DNA from: the human T2T-CHM13v2.0 reference genome, Homo sapiens
Assembly (NCBI RefSeq): GCF_009914755.1
Contig: NC_060933.1
Reading direction: 5' to 3' (one strand)
Length of the DNA: 64,000 nt
The notes beneath the pieces were generated by a model. It saw only the letters and a list, made by a program, of their open reading frames with translations, was not told where the DNA came from and made no database searches. This document shows, piece after piece, positions 13,301 through 29,370 of the stretch (positions within the stretch are counted from its first letter, which is position 1; each line of letters begins with the position of its first letter). Made by a program: the position numbers and the translations under genes.

Positions 13301-14709
13301 ATTGTTTGAACAAGAAGTGGAAGTGTTGACGAAGAGCCTAGTACAGTATCTCTTATCCATCTGACATGTGACCCCTTGGACTGGGGTTGAGCCTCTTTTG
13401 ATAGAGTGTGAGAGGGAGAAATTGACTGAGTTCATGGAAAACTGTGGGTCTAGGGTGGGCTATTTTGTGCTCAGGTCAGCAGGTGAAGCAACACAGGAGA
13501 ACACAGTCTTGCCAACTGTGGTCGGAATTGAACACTATTCTGGCTTGTGAGGAGCTGGCAGTTCCTTGTCTTCTCCAAGCATCATTGCTCAACATTGGCA
13601 CTATCAACATGATCTAGGGGAAGCTCCTGCAAGCAGCTTCAGTTGACATTGACCAGTTCAGTTGGAATAGGAGGGGAAAAACTGGAGGCCAAGAGTAACT
13701 GTGGCTAAGAAAGTGGTTTACTTTAGGGACCCCAGAACATTCTGGGAGAAAGTTCAAGGAAGTTTCTCAGTTCCTACATGGTAGATCTAATAGGTGGTAA
13801 ATAGAAACTGCTAAAACTATTGTAATTTGGGTGTTTAAATTCAATGTTGTGACCTTAATTTTCATAACAAAACATTTTTTTGTGAAGGAATGTATAGGTG
13901 GAACCACTTTTGGAGTAGCCCCTTAGATTGAGATAGAAAAGGATTCTAGGGGAAGGTTGCGGTTGCAGAGTTAGTAGCCCACAAAGAATTTCTTTACTAT
14001 ATTATCCATAAGTAAGTTTTGCACCCAAGTAATTGAAATCAAACATGTACAACTTTCCTTATAACATTATTTATGTGTTTGATTTTATTTTTTAAAAAAT
14101 TTCAAATAATGGTGAATCTTTACAATAATCTGTAATGAGGTTGTTAGTGATCTGAAATAATATCACCCCAAGCTTAAATGTGTTGGCTATTAAAAGAACT
14201 GTTCAATTTTAAGACCTTTCCTGATCTGTTTTCACTTCTAAACATATGTTTTTGTGAGGATAAAAGGAAAAATTGCCATAAAGTGCGCAGCATGATAGGT
14301 CCTAAATAATTGGTAGTCTATTATTTCTATAAATTATAAAGGGCCTTACTTCATACATTCTGTCAAGGCAGGATTTTGGGTGTGGGCATTCTGTTCTGAA
14401 TATAGAGACATCTTAATAAGAATAGGATTTTGGTAGCAATGTGTAGATGTAAAGGGGATTCTGAATGCATGTTAGAAATGCACCATGGTGAATTAGGAGG
14501 CCATATTATGCCTTTCTTCCCATAGATCTTTATCTGGGAGCTACTCCTCCATAAGCCTTGATGATAGGAAGGCCCAGGGAACCGTGCAATTCCATCACCC
14601 AGTCCCCTAATTCCAGAAGATTGAATGATGAATGGTCATATGAACCAGATCAGGCCAATCATACTACCTCTGCTAGAGTTTTAATTTGGGCCACTGAGGG
14701 AGATGAGGC

Positions 14710-15470
<761 letters not shown>

Positions 15471-15828
15471 TCTTCAGGGCCAAGGGGATATGAGGAGGGT
15501 CATGACAGAGCATGATATAGATTCAGTTTGTTGCCAGGTGATGAGCCATTTAAACAGAGTGTCTGAAGGCAAAGTTGTAGGCATGTGTAGGCTAATGAAC
15601 GAGAGAAAACTGGTCTTCAAACTGAAGCATGTAGTAGGTACACAGACAAATAAAGAAGAGGGGGGCATGTGGTCTCTGAAACATGGCAAAGGCAAATTCT
15701 GCCAGTGAAGACGCTCCAGTTCACAAAAGATTCAGCTGTGTTTGATTTTTCTGTTTCTAGATTGCATAAAAATACGTGGGCCCAGCCCCTCTTAATTTTG
15801 CTAACTCAAGTGTTAATTATTCATAAGA

Positions 15829-16343
15829 TGTGGCAGACTGTATTTTCCAGAAATGTCTACAGAAGTACTTTCAGTCTCATATACTCTTTCAGAAATGTAA
15901 CACTCCCCCATCAGAAGGCTGAGTCTATTTTCCTGCCCCCCACCCACCCTGAGATTATGTGGGCCTTTGTGGCTGCCTTGGTGCGCTGCTGCATGAGTTC
16001 TGATGCTCAGTCATAAAAGGTGGATCTTCTACTGGGCTCTCTTTCTTGGCATGCTCACCCTCAGAATCCAGCCCCCATGTTGTGATGGAGCCCTGGACAT
16101 ATGGGGATGCCACGTGTAAGCATTCCAGCTGAGTGTCCCTGCTGAGGTCTCAGCCAGCAACCCGCATCAGTCCCTAGATATGTGGATGACTGATCCTGGA
16201 GATAATCCCAGTGCCTAGATTTTGAGCTGCTCTTGTCAACACCATGTGAAGCAGAGATGAGCCATCCTCACTGAACTTCACCCTAACTGCAGAATTGAAA
16301 GCAAGTTAAATTTTTTAAAAAGTCACTAAGGATAACTGGAACA
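15829..16343 (+). mobile_element. MaLR solo LTR (MLT1G/H-like)
   Basis: TGTGGCAGACTGTATTTTCC start; gataactggaACA end. Confidence 0.85.
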
Positions 16344-16434
16344 CAAAATAAAATAAGCTATGTGGATTCATATGAGATCTTTCAAGTGGTTCAGGGTAGT
16401 ATGAATCCATGCTTAGGTGGTTACCCATTTGTTA

Positions 16435-16555
16435 ACAGTTAAGAACAAGGAAAGGCTGAGAAATGGGCACACAATGGAGAAGATGACTGAGTGCAATGTG
16501 GTAACCTTGATTAGATCCTAAAGCAGAAAAAAGAACATTAGTGGAAAAATTGGCA
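16435..16555 (+). mobile_element. Old L1 (L1MC/ME) 3' UTR fragment
   Basis: tgcaatgtggtaaccttgattagatcct...aaaaagaacattagtggaaaaattgg. Confidence 0.7.
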
Positions 16556-16779
16556 TGCTGTCCTCCGAGCCCATCAGCACTACTGGAGTCTTATATGGGG
16601 GATTTGTCATAACTCTCACTGGTTCATAGTACCAAACCCAGATCAGCAAACTCTTATCCAACCTAGTATGTCTTATTACTCCATTACAATCATACTCTGG
16701 ACCCTGAAGGAAGACTTAGAGCCTGAAGCTCAAGAAGACTTGGGGCTTTTTGTACATGCCATATTTTGTTCCTATATTT

Positions 16780-16985
16780 TTTTCAGCAACTGTGCTTTCC
16801 ATGCATTGTCTCACCTAATTTTTGTCAAAATTCTGAGATATAGATATCACCTGTCATTTACAGTTGAAGACTCAGAGATTCAAGATTCAATGACTTGCTC
16901 AAGACCACACAATAAATGTCAGAATTGGGATTTGGACACAGTTCTGGCTGATCTCACAGCCTGCATTCTTCCTTCTGTGCTGCTC
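16780..16985 (-). mobile_element. MIR
   Basis: catttacagttgaagactcagag...tgacttgctcaagaccacac. Confidence 0.85.
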
Positions 16986-17174
16986 TGCCTTCGTCTTGGG
17001 GTTTCAAAGGACTTGGGATTCACAGTTTGTATTTATCCCATATTAGCTATGTTTTGCACTACACAGACTTTGAGAGTTGGCATGGTAACATAACCAATAG
17101 TTACACCTTTGGTTTATGAGAAATTACTTTCTGAAGTTAAAAAATTTATCACATCATAAATAGAGGTGCTCTGC

Positions 17175-17335
17175 TTATATATGTGTGTGTATATATACAT
17201 ACATATATAATAATGTGTACATAATACATTATATAAAACCATGTATCATTACATATATAATATATATTACATATTACATATACAATTTTACATATTACTA
17301 GATATGATATGTCTTTACATATTATATATAGAGAA
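17175..17335. repeat. AT-rich (TA/TACA)n low-complexity tract
   Basis: Degenerate tatatacata/tattaca units. Confidence 0.85.
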
Positions 17336-17469
17336 TCCATGTTTGTGGTAAGAATTAATAATTTATTTGTGCTGTTCTATGAAAAATGAAGCACTGCTTT
17401 ATATAATGGCTTATAAATTACTGTCATTCACCTAATTTATTCAAGATTTATTGATTGCTTGATTTTATA

Positions 17470-18097
17470 ACCTTTTATTTTGAAATAATATTTAGATTTA
17501 CAGAAGAGTTTCAAAGATGGTACAGAGCTCACAATATCCCTCTACTCAGCCTTCCAAAATTAACATCTTTCACACGAAATTAATATAGGTACAATATCAC
17601 TGTCTTAACTATACACTGTGTTAAAATTTCACCAAATTTTCCACTAGTGTTCTTTTTTCTGCTTTAGGGTCTAATCAAAGTTACCACATTGCACTCAGTT
17701 ATCTTTTCCATTGCATGCCCCTTTCTCAGCCTTTCCTTGTTTTTCATGAACTTGGTACTTTTGAAGAGTGCTTACAGGTATTCTGTAGAATGTATTTCAA
17801 TTGGGTTTGTGTATTGTTTTGTCATGAACAGACTGGAGTAGTGGGTTTTCTGGAAGAATGCCACAGAGGTGGGTGCCTCACTGACCTTCTCATTGCATCA
17901 CAGCCTGGGTACCTGGCATCAACATGACTTAGTTCCGATGATGCCAACCTTGGTCACTGGGTTCAGGTGGTGTCTACCAGGTTTCTTCACTCTATAGCTA
18001 CTATTTTTTGCTTTCCACATTCTAGAAGTGAGTCACTAAGCCTAGTCCACACTCAAAGGGAAAGGAATTAAGCTCCACCTTGCAGAGGAGAAGTATG
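17470..18097 (-). mobile_element. L1MC-type 3' end
   Basis: ttttattttgaaataattttagatttacagaagagtt...ccacactcaaagggaaaggaattaagctccacct. Confidence 0.85.
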
Positions 18098-18462
18098 ATT
18101 GATTGGTTTTTTAATGTGGCAGTGGGAAAGAGTGTTTTCACTCCTGGAGTGGTCTATGGATCCACAATATTAGTGGACCTCTGGCTTATGGAAACACTTC
18201 TGGGAACTTAAGCCTTGAGTCTTCCACGTCTGTAGTTTCTTCATCATCGGAAATATACCTGATAGAGCAATGCCTGTTCTTATTTGCTGTGTGATTGAGA
18301 ACCAAGTTTTAGGTCTTCTAAACATTCCCTTTTCACCCCTGAAAGAAAGGGCTCTGGTTCAGTTTTGCCTCTTAAATCTTGAAATCTGTAATGTTTGATA
18401 TAAAGCATACAGAACATTTTTATGTTTATAGGCCTTCTTTTCCCTGAAAGGAAGAGAATATA

Positions 18463-18759
18463 TTTTTTACTTTTTTTGAGAGAGGGTCTCGCTATGTTGC
18501 CTCAGTAGGAGTGCAGTGGCACAATCACTGCTCACTGCAGCCTCAACCTCCCTGGGCTCAGGTAATCCTCCTGCCTCAGCCTCCTGAGTAGCAGGAACTA
18601 CAGGCACATGCCACCATACCCGGCTTATTTTTGAATTTTTGTAGAGATAGGGTTTCACCAAGTTGCCCAGGCTGATCTTGAGCTCCTGGGCTTAAGTGAT
18701 CCACCTGCCTCGGCCTCCCAAAGTGCTGGGATTACAGGTGTGAGCTACTGTGCCTGGCC
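18463..18759 (-). mobile_element. AluJ (Jb-like)
   Basis: Full dimer; ctcactgcagcctcaacctccctgggctc. Confidence 0.95.
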
Positions 18760-18959
18760 AAATATGTCTTTTTTATCTATTAAGTTTCCTTGACATCTAG
18801 AAAATAATAATAATCATTATAAATCATAAAATGTATAAATATATAAACATATGTATACACATATTTATATGTTCTATATTATTTGCATTATTATTTTATA
18901 AATACATATAAATTTGTTAATATAAAGTTGTAAAACTTATAAACATTATTAGATAATAA

Positions 18960-19170
18960 CAATAATTTCCATTAAGTACCTCCTATGTGTTTAGCATTAT
19001 GGTTGATGTCATACAATCTTTATTTTTAATCCTTGCAAAAATATCTATGAAGGAAGTATTACAATTCTCATTTTACAATAAAAAGAAGCTGATGTTCAGG
19101 TGGAGAAATGATCATTCCCAAGATGGCATAGTAAGCAGCAGGGCTGGGATTTGAATTTAGGTGTCCTTTA
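18960..19170 (-). mobile_element. MIR
   Basis: ctcattttacaataaaaagaagctgatgttcag...gggctgggatttgaa. Confidence 0.8.
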
Positions 19171-19461
19171 TCATGGACTGTGAACCCAGTAAATGTTTGT
19201 AGATTGACTGATTAAAATTGTTTGGAGGAAAAACAGTATTTGAAGATTGGGCTAGCAAGAAGTATTTCAAAAATTACACACCATCACACATGACTGAAGA
19301 AGACAGATGTTAGGCTGTGCTGGCATAAAGAGGAAGTGCCACTTCAAGTCAGTCAAAAGAATCACAATGACACTCAGGTGGATGTGTGAAAACAGCAGCT
19401 ATGTTCTGACTTCTGCGAGGCCAGAATCCCAGCTTCCACTGCTTCCTGCAATCATGGATAG

Positions 19462-19833
19462 TGTATTAGTCTGTTCTCATGCTGCTAATAAAGACATAAC
19501 TGAGACTGGGTAATTTATAAAGGAAAGAGGGTTAATTGACTCACAGTTCAGCATGGCTGGATAGGCCTAAGGAAACTTACAATCATGGTGGAGAGGAAGC
19601 AAACACGTCTTTCTTCACATGGCAGAAGGAAGGAGAAGTGCAGAGCGAAGGTGAGGAAAAGCCTCTTATAAAACCATCAGATCTCATGAGTATTCACTAT
19701 CATGAGAACAGCATGAAGGTAACCTCCCCCATGATTCAATTACTTCCCACTGGGTCTCTCCCACGACACGTGGGGATAATGGAAACTACAGTTCAAAATG
19801 AGATTTGAGTGTGGACACAGCCAAATCATATCA
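19462..19833 (-). mobile_element. THE1 (THE1C-like) solo LTR
   Basis: TGTATTAGTCTGTTCTCATGCTGCTAATAAAGAC...CCAAATCATATCA; 5-bp TSD gatag/gatgg. Confidence 0.95.
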
Positions 19834-20049
19834 GATGGATTATATTATTTAATCTCATATCCTTTACATGCCCCATAAAAAATGATTCCTCTATCTCATG
19901 TGGAAGCAGGAAGTAAGAAAGATAATTTTCTTAAAATATCTTCAGAAATCATAGAATGAAAAGAGAAAAAAGTTGATAGAATTGAAGCTCTCACAAAATT
20001 ATCAAAGAACGATACTAGATGAGATATAATGGAAACAGGTAAAAACCAA

Positions 20050-20156
20050 TCTCTCTCTCTCTCTGTTTCTCTGTCTCTGTGTGTGTGTGTCAGAGAGAGA
20101 GAGAGAGAAAGAGAGAGACAGAGACAGAGAGAGAGAGAGACAGAGAGAGAGAGAGA
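20050..20156. repeat. Compound microsatellite (TC)n(TG)n(AG/ACAG)n
   Basis: Read directly from the sequence. Confidence 0.95.
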
Positions 20157-22069
20157 AAATGAGAATGTATGAATATGACTCTCCCAAAACTTTAGCATAA
20201 GCAATATTCCATATCTATAATTCTGGAAATAAGTTTAATTTTTATTTTGTGCCCCTTCACTACTATCCTGTGGGATACTTCACATTGCTTATTATTTGGC
20301 ATTTTCCCCAAACTGCCTCATGTTGAAATGCCTAGAGATCTTAATACTGACCTCTCCACTTAGGACCCCATGGAAATATCCAACGTCTGGCCATAGTGTT
20401 CCTTTGGGTTAGGACATAACCTTCTGTACTCTGTGTGGAATAAAGATACCATCACGAGCCCAACTGCTTTCAACTCAAATGACCAGGGACGTCCAACCGT
20501 AAGGGTTAGAAAACCCTAACAATCTTGTTTTACAGAAATGGAAACCTCAGCTCTGGGAGGAATGTGTGGGCACTGGTGGCTCAAGGTTTCATGGCCTGAA
20601 CTGCCTGAACTACTGCAGTTTCAATGGAACAGGAAGTTGAGGGCACCAGAGCGCAAGTCTAGCACATGCATGTCCCATTAGAGAAATCCTAGTTCCCACT
20701 CTGAAACGGACTTGGGGATTCCCAGGTGTTTCTTTCCATTTCTCTTTCTTGGTTACTTGGTTTAATATTTCAACTCCAGCCACTGGGAAGCACCAAGAAC
20801 CTCCTGTTTTCCTAGGCTACCTGGGTCTGCTCTGCTGCTGGAGGAAGAGTTGAATGGGCCATGCATATTGACAGCCACCTTTCCGAGCAGGTTTGGCCCT
20901 CGTGGTACCCAAGTTGCTGCTGTTCCACAAAGACTGGTGCTGCCAAGCTGTCGGCTGAACACAGGCCTTTTAGTTTAGCCATGATGAGGTGTGTGTAACT
21001 GAGCCCAGGGGACAGACACATGAATCTATGCATGTCTGCTCCCTCCTCGACACCCAGCAACCACCCTCCCCCTTTCCTTTCTTTTCTGTCTTCATTCTGT
21101 ATTTTAAAGTGAAAACAGAATTTCTGCTCTGCTTTCTTCTTTCCAGTATCCTTTCTCAAGGATTACTGTCTGTTTCTCTTTCTTCCTCAGTGTCAACAGC
21201 ACCAGCCTATTTAAGCATTAATTTGGGAGACAAACCAGTTCTCATCTGTACTTCCAGGCTGATCTTGAAAGTGTTAAAAGACTTCAGGTTACACTCAGCA
21301 AGCCTGTGCCCGGTGGGTCGAAAGGGTACGCAGGGCTGTCCCCTGTTTCTCAGCTCTGAGTTCATTGATTTGATACAGCTTCTTCTGTTACTACTGAAAT
21401 GGGGGCAGGGAAGATGTGGATTAATAAAAGCATGAAATAGAATACATGTGTAAAATGCAGTAAATAACAAGGAAGGGTGGGGGTGAGGAACAGAGGGCAG
21501 AAGAAGCTTGTTGTGTAAAAATGAAAGTTTCTCTGGTCGATCCTGTGGTTTATTTGGGAAATCATGGCGTGGGCACCTTAAGAAATTCACTGAGGACAGT
21601 TGACTGATGGATTTCCAAATGAAAATCATGCATGAGAAATGAACTTCCAGGTGTGCATGACCACTTAATTTAGATTTCTTTCCCTTGTTAATGTTGCCAC
21701 AGGCACAACTTTTATAAGGTAATAAATATATCTTTTGTGTCACTCAGGTTAGGTGCTCTGCATTCAATGGGCTGTGAAAGAAAATGCTCAATTGGTGCAA
21801 GCAAAGGCCTTCTTCAAGGATTACTTTGTCTTTATGGCAAGACATGCCTAAACTGTTTGGAAAATACTAAAGAACTTGATAATGGTCCATGGAGGTAGAG
21901 TATTATATAAAAAATAATGATTCACTAAAAATATCTATATAGTTGTTATTATTTTGTCTATGTTTGTAAGAAAAAAAAACACTTCCGTGTTTGATGAAAA
22001 CAGATGCTACATTCTAGTTGCTGTGGTTTTGATGACTGCTGTCATTATAAAGCAGTTATGACATATCTG

Positions 22070-22240
22070 AGCTCCATCAGAAATTGTATAAACAGACACA
22101 GGACCAAATTCCTGACTTTGATCCCAAATAGATGCATCACCTTTTACAAATCTATCAGTCAAGGCCTCATATCTGTGAAGAGAGTAAGTTGGTCTACGTA
22201 ATTTTTATTTCCTTTTTATTTGTAAAAATTCTGTGATTCT
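22070..22240 (+). mobile_element. MIR (MIR3-like)
   Basis: cctcatatctgtgaagagagtaagttgg...aaaattctgtgattct. Confidence 0.55.
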
Positions 22241-23667
22241 AAGTCACAAAGATTTAATAAGCGTTGATCTGAAGCAACGCTGTAAATTATTTATATTTTG
22301 TCTGACTGTCCATCCATGCCTTTATGTGTGGCAAGGGAGAAACCTTATAACTTAAGCTGTGATGGGGAAGAAAAAATCCAATTGCTGCCTCTTTAGCCTT
22401 TTCTTACTAAAAGAAGGATTAGACTTTCCTCGTCCTATAAAAGTCATCTGGAGAATGTTCACTTTAATTACATGCAATTTAGTTATTTTAAGTGGCATCC
22501 TTAGACAAGGAAAAGTGAACTGAAATTCCTTCAGGATAGACTAGCACATAGCAGTGCATAAAATCTTGCTCAACTGTAGGACAGGCCTCTTCCAAAGCTC
22601 CCTTATCAGATGTTCTTAACTGCTAAAGCAGGTCATCCATTGCCTTCATATTTTCTAACTGCCAAAAAAGGCTTATTCAGTCGGCCTCTTAAAAATTATC
22701 AGAAGGCATCACAGTTATTCAAGATTCACAATATAGTTCACTTGTTACTTGTTTACAAATGACTTTTCCTTATAATGTATTTTTATGCCATCTTATATTT
22801 TTATTTGCTTCTTCGTATACAAATAGTGTAACATTACAGGGAATTTAAAAGCAATATCAAACCCCAACTTTCATTTTGCATATTTATTTCCAGACATCTC
22901 AGTGGAAAATCTGTGTTTACACAGTTATCATCATTCTCTTTGGGCGGTGTAAGTCTCTTTTCATCACTGTCAGTGTCAGTAATTTTGATGCTTACTGGGC
23001 TGAAGGGTATTTATACAGTTTTATGTGTGTGCTCGAACTTTCTTCTTCCTCTTCATTTTTTGATATTTCCCTTTTGAAGAGGTAGATTCAGCACAAAATA
23101 AAAAGAAAGACTAAATAGTAAAACTGAATAACTCTGTATCCAAGTGAATAAATTGGGATGCAGCCTCTCTCCAGAGCTGGAAATCAAATGGGGAAGCAAG
23201 CATGTATTGCCTAATCATTGTTAAAAGAGGAAGGAAGGAGAGGACTTGTTCCATGTGGAAACAAGGAATTTTTTTAGCTTGCTCTGTAGCCATCATCTGC
23301 CCTGTGCCTAAATTGTTGCTTTTGGCTTTCTTCCATTAAATAAAGATGATCAAATCTCTTTCACTTTGAGTTCTGTTCATGAAGATGGTAACTGTGTCTA
23401 TATTTATGAAATGAATGGCCTCCTGTTTGGCCAACTGATCATTTGTCAAATGCTGAGAATGACTTCATTACTTATTGGGCTGCCCTCCTATGGTTGGAAT
23501 CCAAGGACTTCCAAGATTCTAGAATCACAGGCATTAGAGATCATCAAACACAGCCTCGAGCCCAAAGTAGTATCCACAACACAAAATTTCCTTCCCATTG
23601 AGTCATTCACCAACTTTCAGTCTTCTAGGGGTAGGGGCTCACTACCTATGTATTGGTCTATTCTTTT

Positions 23668-24370
23668 AGAGATACAAATTCAAATACCTATGGGAGTTGA
23701 TCAGGTAACACAGATGAATAAAATAGTCCTGGAATAAGAAAATCAAATGCAGAAATGGGTTCAAACTGTTTTTATTATTACTGAACTATGACATAAGGAT
23801 GTAACATGATATAAATATGTAAATGTGTAAATGTTTTAAATCCAAGGTAGAAAAAAAATACAAATTGAAAATAGAAACATTGATTCTTTCAACACCGCAT
23901 CCTATGTATGCATATTAAACCCATATGCCTTCTCTCCTTTTCCTTGAAATGTGGCTTTTTCAATCTGTCTTTTATTTTCCTACACTTGATATAGATGCAG
24001 ATTCAGAGAAATAATTCTCTACTGTAAGGAAAAAAATGGGTGAGCATGATGCTAAGTGGCAACTGATATTAAACCCCCAAATCAGGAAGGCAACAGTCCT
24101 GTAGTGGGGTCTGTGGTGACCTGAAGAGCTCATGCTCCCTCCAAAATGGGCAGCCGCTACTGAACTCCAGATAATTGTTGACATGTGCTGACACGCAGGA
24201 ATGTGGGCCGTGGTTACCAATCTTCCCCCTTCTCAAGAAAAGCCAGGAGTCTGGATTTTTAGTAGAATCCTCTAACTTCTAAATGTGTTCTATTTTAAAA
24301 CTCTAATTGGGCCAAATAAAACATGTCTGGGGTTTATGTGATATTTGCGAGCTGCCATTTTGCCCCTTCT
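23668..24370 (+). mobile_element. hAT-Charlie MER102-like, with an internal AT-rich interruption
   Basis: caaattcaaatacctatggg...caggtaaca start; gcagccgctactgaactccag...ggccaaataaaacatgtctg end. Confidence 0.6.
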
Positions 24371-24379
24371 AGCTTATGC

Positions 24380-24610
24380 TAGGGATTGGCAAATTATGGC
24401 CTGTAGGTCAAATCCAGCTCACAGCATGCCTATTTTTATAAATAAAGTTCTATTGGAACACAGCCATGCTTATTTGTTCATGTATTGTCTATGGGTGCTT
24501 TTGCACTACAGTAGCAGAGTTCATCAGCTGCCACAGAGATCATATTGACTGTAAAGACTAAGATACCTACTATCTGGAACTTTACAAAAAAAAAGTTTGT
24601 TGACCCCTTG
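24380..24610 (-). mobile_element. MER58A (hAT-Charlie)
   Basis: aaataaagttctattggaacacagccatgc...tactatctggaactttacaaaaaaaaagtttgttgacccc. Confidence 0.9.
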
Positions 24611-25044
24611 TCTATATTGATCTGGTTAAAAAAAAAAAAAACAAAACCCTAACTGTTACAAATCTCTTCATTGTTTTTGAATTAAAATCTGCCTTTCTAT
24701 AACTTCATTCATTGATCTTGTGTTTGTTCCTGATCACCTTTGGACATTTGTAGAAGATATTTGAATCCTACTGAGGCTATTTATTCATAAGATCATCCAG
24801 GATGCATTGAACATCTTTCTGGCCCAAAAGCTGTTACCCAAATTAGACCAGACTTCTTGAACAAGTGATGTATTTTGGAATAATTCAAGACATGACACAT
24901 TTATCCAAAAGGTGGGTAAAAGTTGTTGGAAAATTGCAGGACTAAAAAGAGCCCAAGAGGTGGTTAATAGGAAGACTGGATCAATCACCACACGCTATGT
25001 GAATTCAACCTATGAAAGGTTGACTGATGGCATGTCCCCTATGT

Positions 25045-25565
25045 AGTCTAAATTGCTCATTGCTCCTAGAATAATATTTGCATTTTGTTGTATGGCCACC
25101 ATGTTCGGCACTACTAATCCAGCCTCTCCATTCTCTCTGCCATACTCATATTGCTTTAGTCACATGGCTTCTTTTCTAATTGTTCAGACTTTCTAGCTTT
25201 TTCCTGTCTTAGGCTCTTAGCTTTTGCTATTTTCCTACCTGACGCACTTGCCCCCATCTCTTCAAGGTGGAAATTCCTTTCTTTTGGATTTAGTTTAATG
25301 TCACCCGCTTAAAGACACATTCCCTGACCACCATCTCTAAGATGACACATCTACTTCTAGAAATTACCTCTTAGCATACTTACTCATTAATCAAATTCCT
25401 CAAACTTATTTGTAGTAATCTTATTCATCTGTACTCTAGTTTACTGACAATCTCCTCTATTGGAATTTAAGTATCTTAAGCAGGACTCTTCTAGTCTTAT
25501 TCAATGTTTTTTCTTAGGACCTAGCAAATTGTAGGCACCCCAAAATATTTGAGGAATAAATAAAT
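25045..25565 (+). mobile_element. L2 3' end
   Basis: ttccctgaccaccatctctaa...aaatatttgaggaataaataaat. Confidence 0.8.
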
Positions 25566-25899
25566 TATACATCAGCAGTAGTTTGGTATTATATAAATTA
25601 CACTTGTGATTATTTTGACGAATGAATTTGCAAACTCCATCTGCAGCATCTTAAAGAATAACCTTCTTAACTTTGAAAGAATGCTTTGAATTAAATTATG
25701 TCTGCTTGGTAATAACTCAACATTTCTATTTTGGGTGGGCATTTTTTAGGTGTACCCATAAGTGGAAACCAGTAAGCACGCACTAACATGTTGATTATTT
25801 GTACATTATTAAGAGACTATTTTCTATCTGATGCTTTGTCATACACAAAAACACGTTGCCAAAAGCTCCTGTTTGTGCTTCTCCCACAAAATGAAAATC

Positions 25900-26045
25900 A
25901 GAAGGACTTAGTGGTTTTTCACTTTATTTTACAGATGAGAAACTGAAGCCGAAAGATTTCTCAAGGTTCCATAGCCAGTTAGCTGCAGAGCCAGGAGGAC
26001 AAGTCAAATTGCTACATTCCCACCTTCTGTACATTTAATATACTG
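25900..26045 (-). mobile_element. MIR
   Basis: ttttacagatgagaaactgaagc. Confidence 0.8.
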
Positions 26046-26137
26046 TATTTCTTTTTCCCTTTGATGGGTATTAGTTTATTTTACACATGCTGGTGGCAGT
26101 GAGAACACCCTATGTCTGAATAGTAGCACTTTTTTCT

Positions 26138-28349
<2,212 letters not shown>

Positions 28350-28527
28350 CAAAAACAATTAGCTGAGTGTGGCATGCGCCTGTAATCCCAGCTACTCTGG
28401 AGGCTGAGGCAGGAAAATTGTTTGAATCTGGGAGGCAGAGGTTACAGTGAGCCGAGATCATACCACTTCACTCCAGCTTGGGTGACAGAGAAAGACTCCA
28501 TCTCTAAAATAAAAACTAAAAAAAATT
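28350..28527 (+). mobile_element. Alu right arm only (AluS-like)
   Basis: Starts in the middle A-rich linker (caaaaacaattagc) and ends in an A tail. Confidence 0.93.
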
Positions 28528-28783
28528 TAAAAAGCTATGTACAGTGTGATTCCATTTGTGTCATATTCTGGAAAAGACAAAACTACAGGGACAGACAAGA
28601 GATCAGAGATTGTCAGGGGTTTGGGGTGAAGGAAGGGGTGACTCTGAAGGGGCAGCAGGAGGAAATGTTTTGAGTTGATGGAATTGTTCTGTGTCCTGGT
28701 TATGATGGTGGCTACATGACTCTGCATTTGTCAAGCTTGTAGAACTGTATAATTAAAAATCAATAAATAAGTTTAACTGTAAA
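28528..28783 (+). mobile_element. Old L1 (L1MD/ME) 3' UTR fragment
   Basis: tgattccatttgtgtcatattctggaaaagacaaaactacaggg...ggtggctacatgactctgcatttgtcaa. Confidence 0.85.
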
Positions 28784-29129
28784 AATAATAGTACTTTTTT
28801 CTGTATAAAGTATGCATGTCCTGCTGGATCACATGCATGATCCTACTAGATCCACATTAATCCCATGAGAAAATTAAAACAACCTCTATTCTAGTTTTTA
28901 AAATTTGAGAAATGACTAAGTATAATTTGGATAGCAGTAATGGCACATGACAAAGGTCTCACAGGTAGAATGTGGCAGAAATTGAATTTGAATCTAGACC
29001 TTTTACTAGATGTTCTTTCTTATCCTTTGATATGGTACTTGCCTGTCCTTGTTCTTCTTTTAATGTGGGGTCTGGAATTATTTTCATGTGAGCTCAGTAT
29101 TTACTAAAATATTATGTGTTTGCAGATTC

Positions 29130-29370
29130 ATAATGATGGCAAAAACTTTATGTAGTGATTAATATATATAGTCATGATTCTAAGAAATTTACATTTATTA
29201 ACTCGCATAATCTTTGCAAAAATCTTATGAGATAGATGCTAGGCCTATGCCCATTTTAAGGTAGGGGAGGCATCAACAACCACGCCTAAAGTAATACAGA
29301 TAGTGAGTGGTAAAGCTGTGATTTGAAGCCAGTCAGCCTGGCTTCAGACATTGCCTTAACAACTATGTTG
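29130..29370 (-). mobile_element. MIR (a second, weaker MIR lies at about 28850-29030)
   Basis: gtgagtggtaaagctgtgatttgaagccagtcagcctggcttcaga. Confidence 0.8.

Larger units (their letters stand above)
23518..24860 (-). mobile_element. L3/CR1 3' remnants (about 23518-23665 and 24660-24860), split by hAT elements
   Basis: tagaatcacagg...agagatcatc; ggggctcactacct; ttgaattaaaatctgcctttctataacttc. Confidence 0.5.

Noticed and set aside
20989-21743. Longest non-repeat ORFs (148 aa plus, 178 aa minus)
   Set aside because: Non-ATG starts, low-complexity composition and no recognisable domain; consistent with chance.
22868-22954. Possible 55-nt plus-strand exon (ttccAG ... GTAAGT)
   Set aside because: Weak exonic side of the donor and no coding signal; such pseudo-exons are common.
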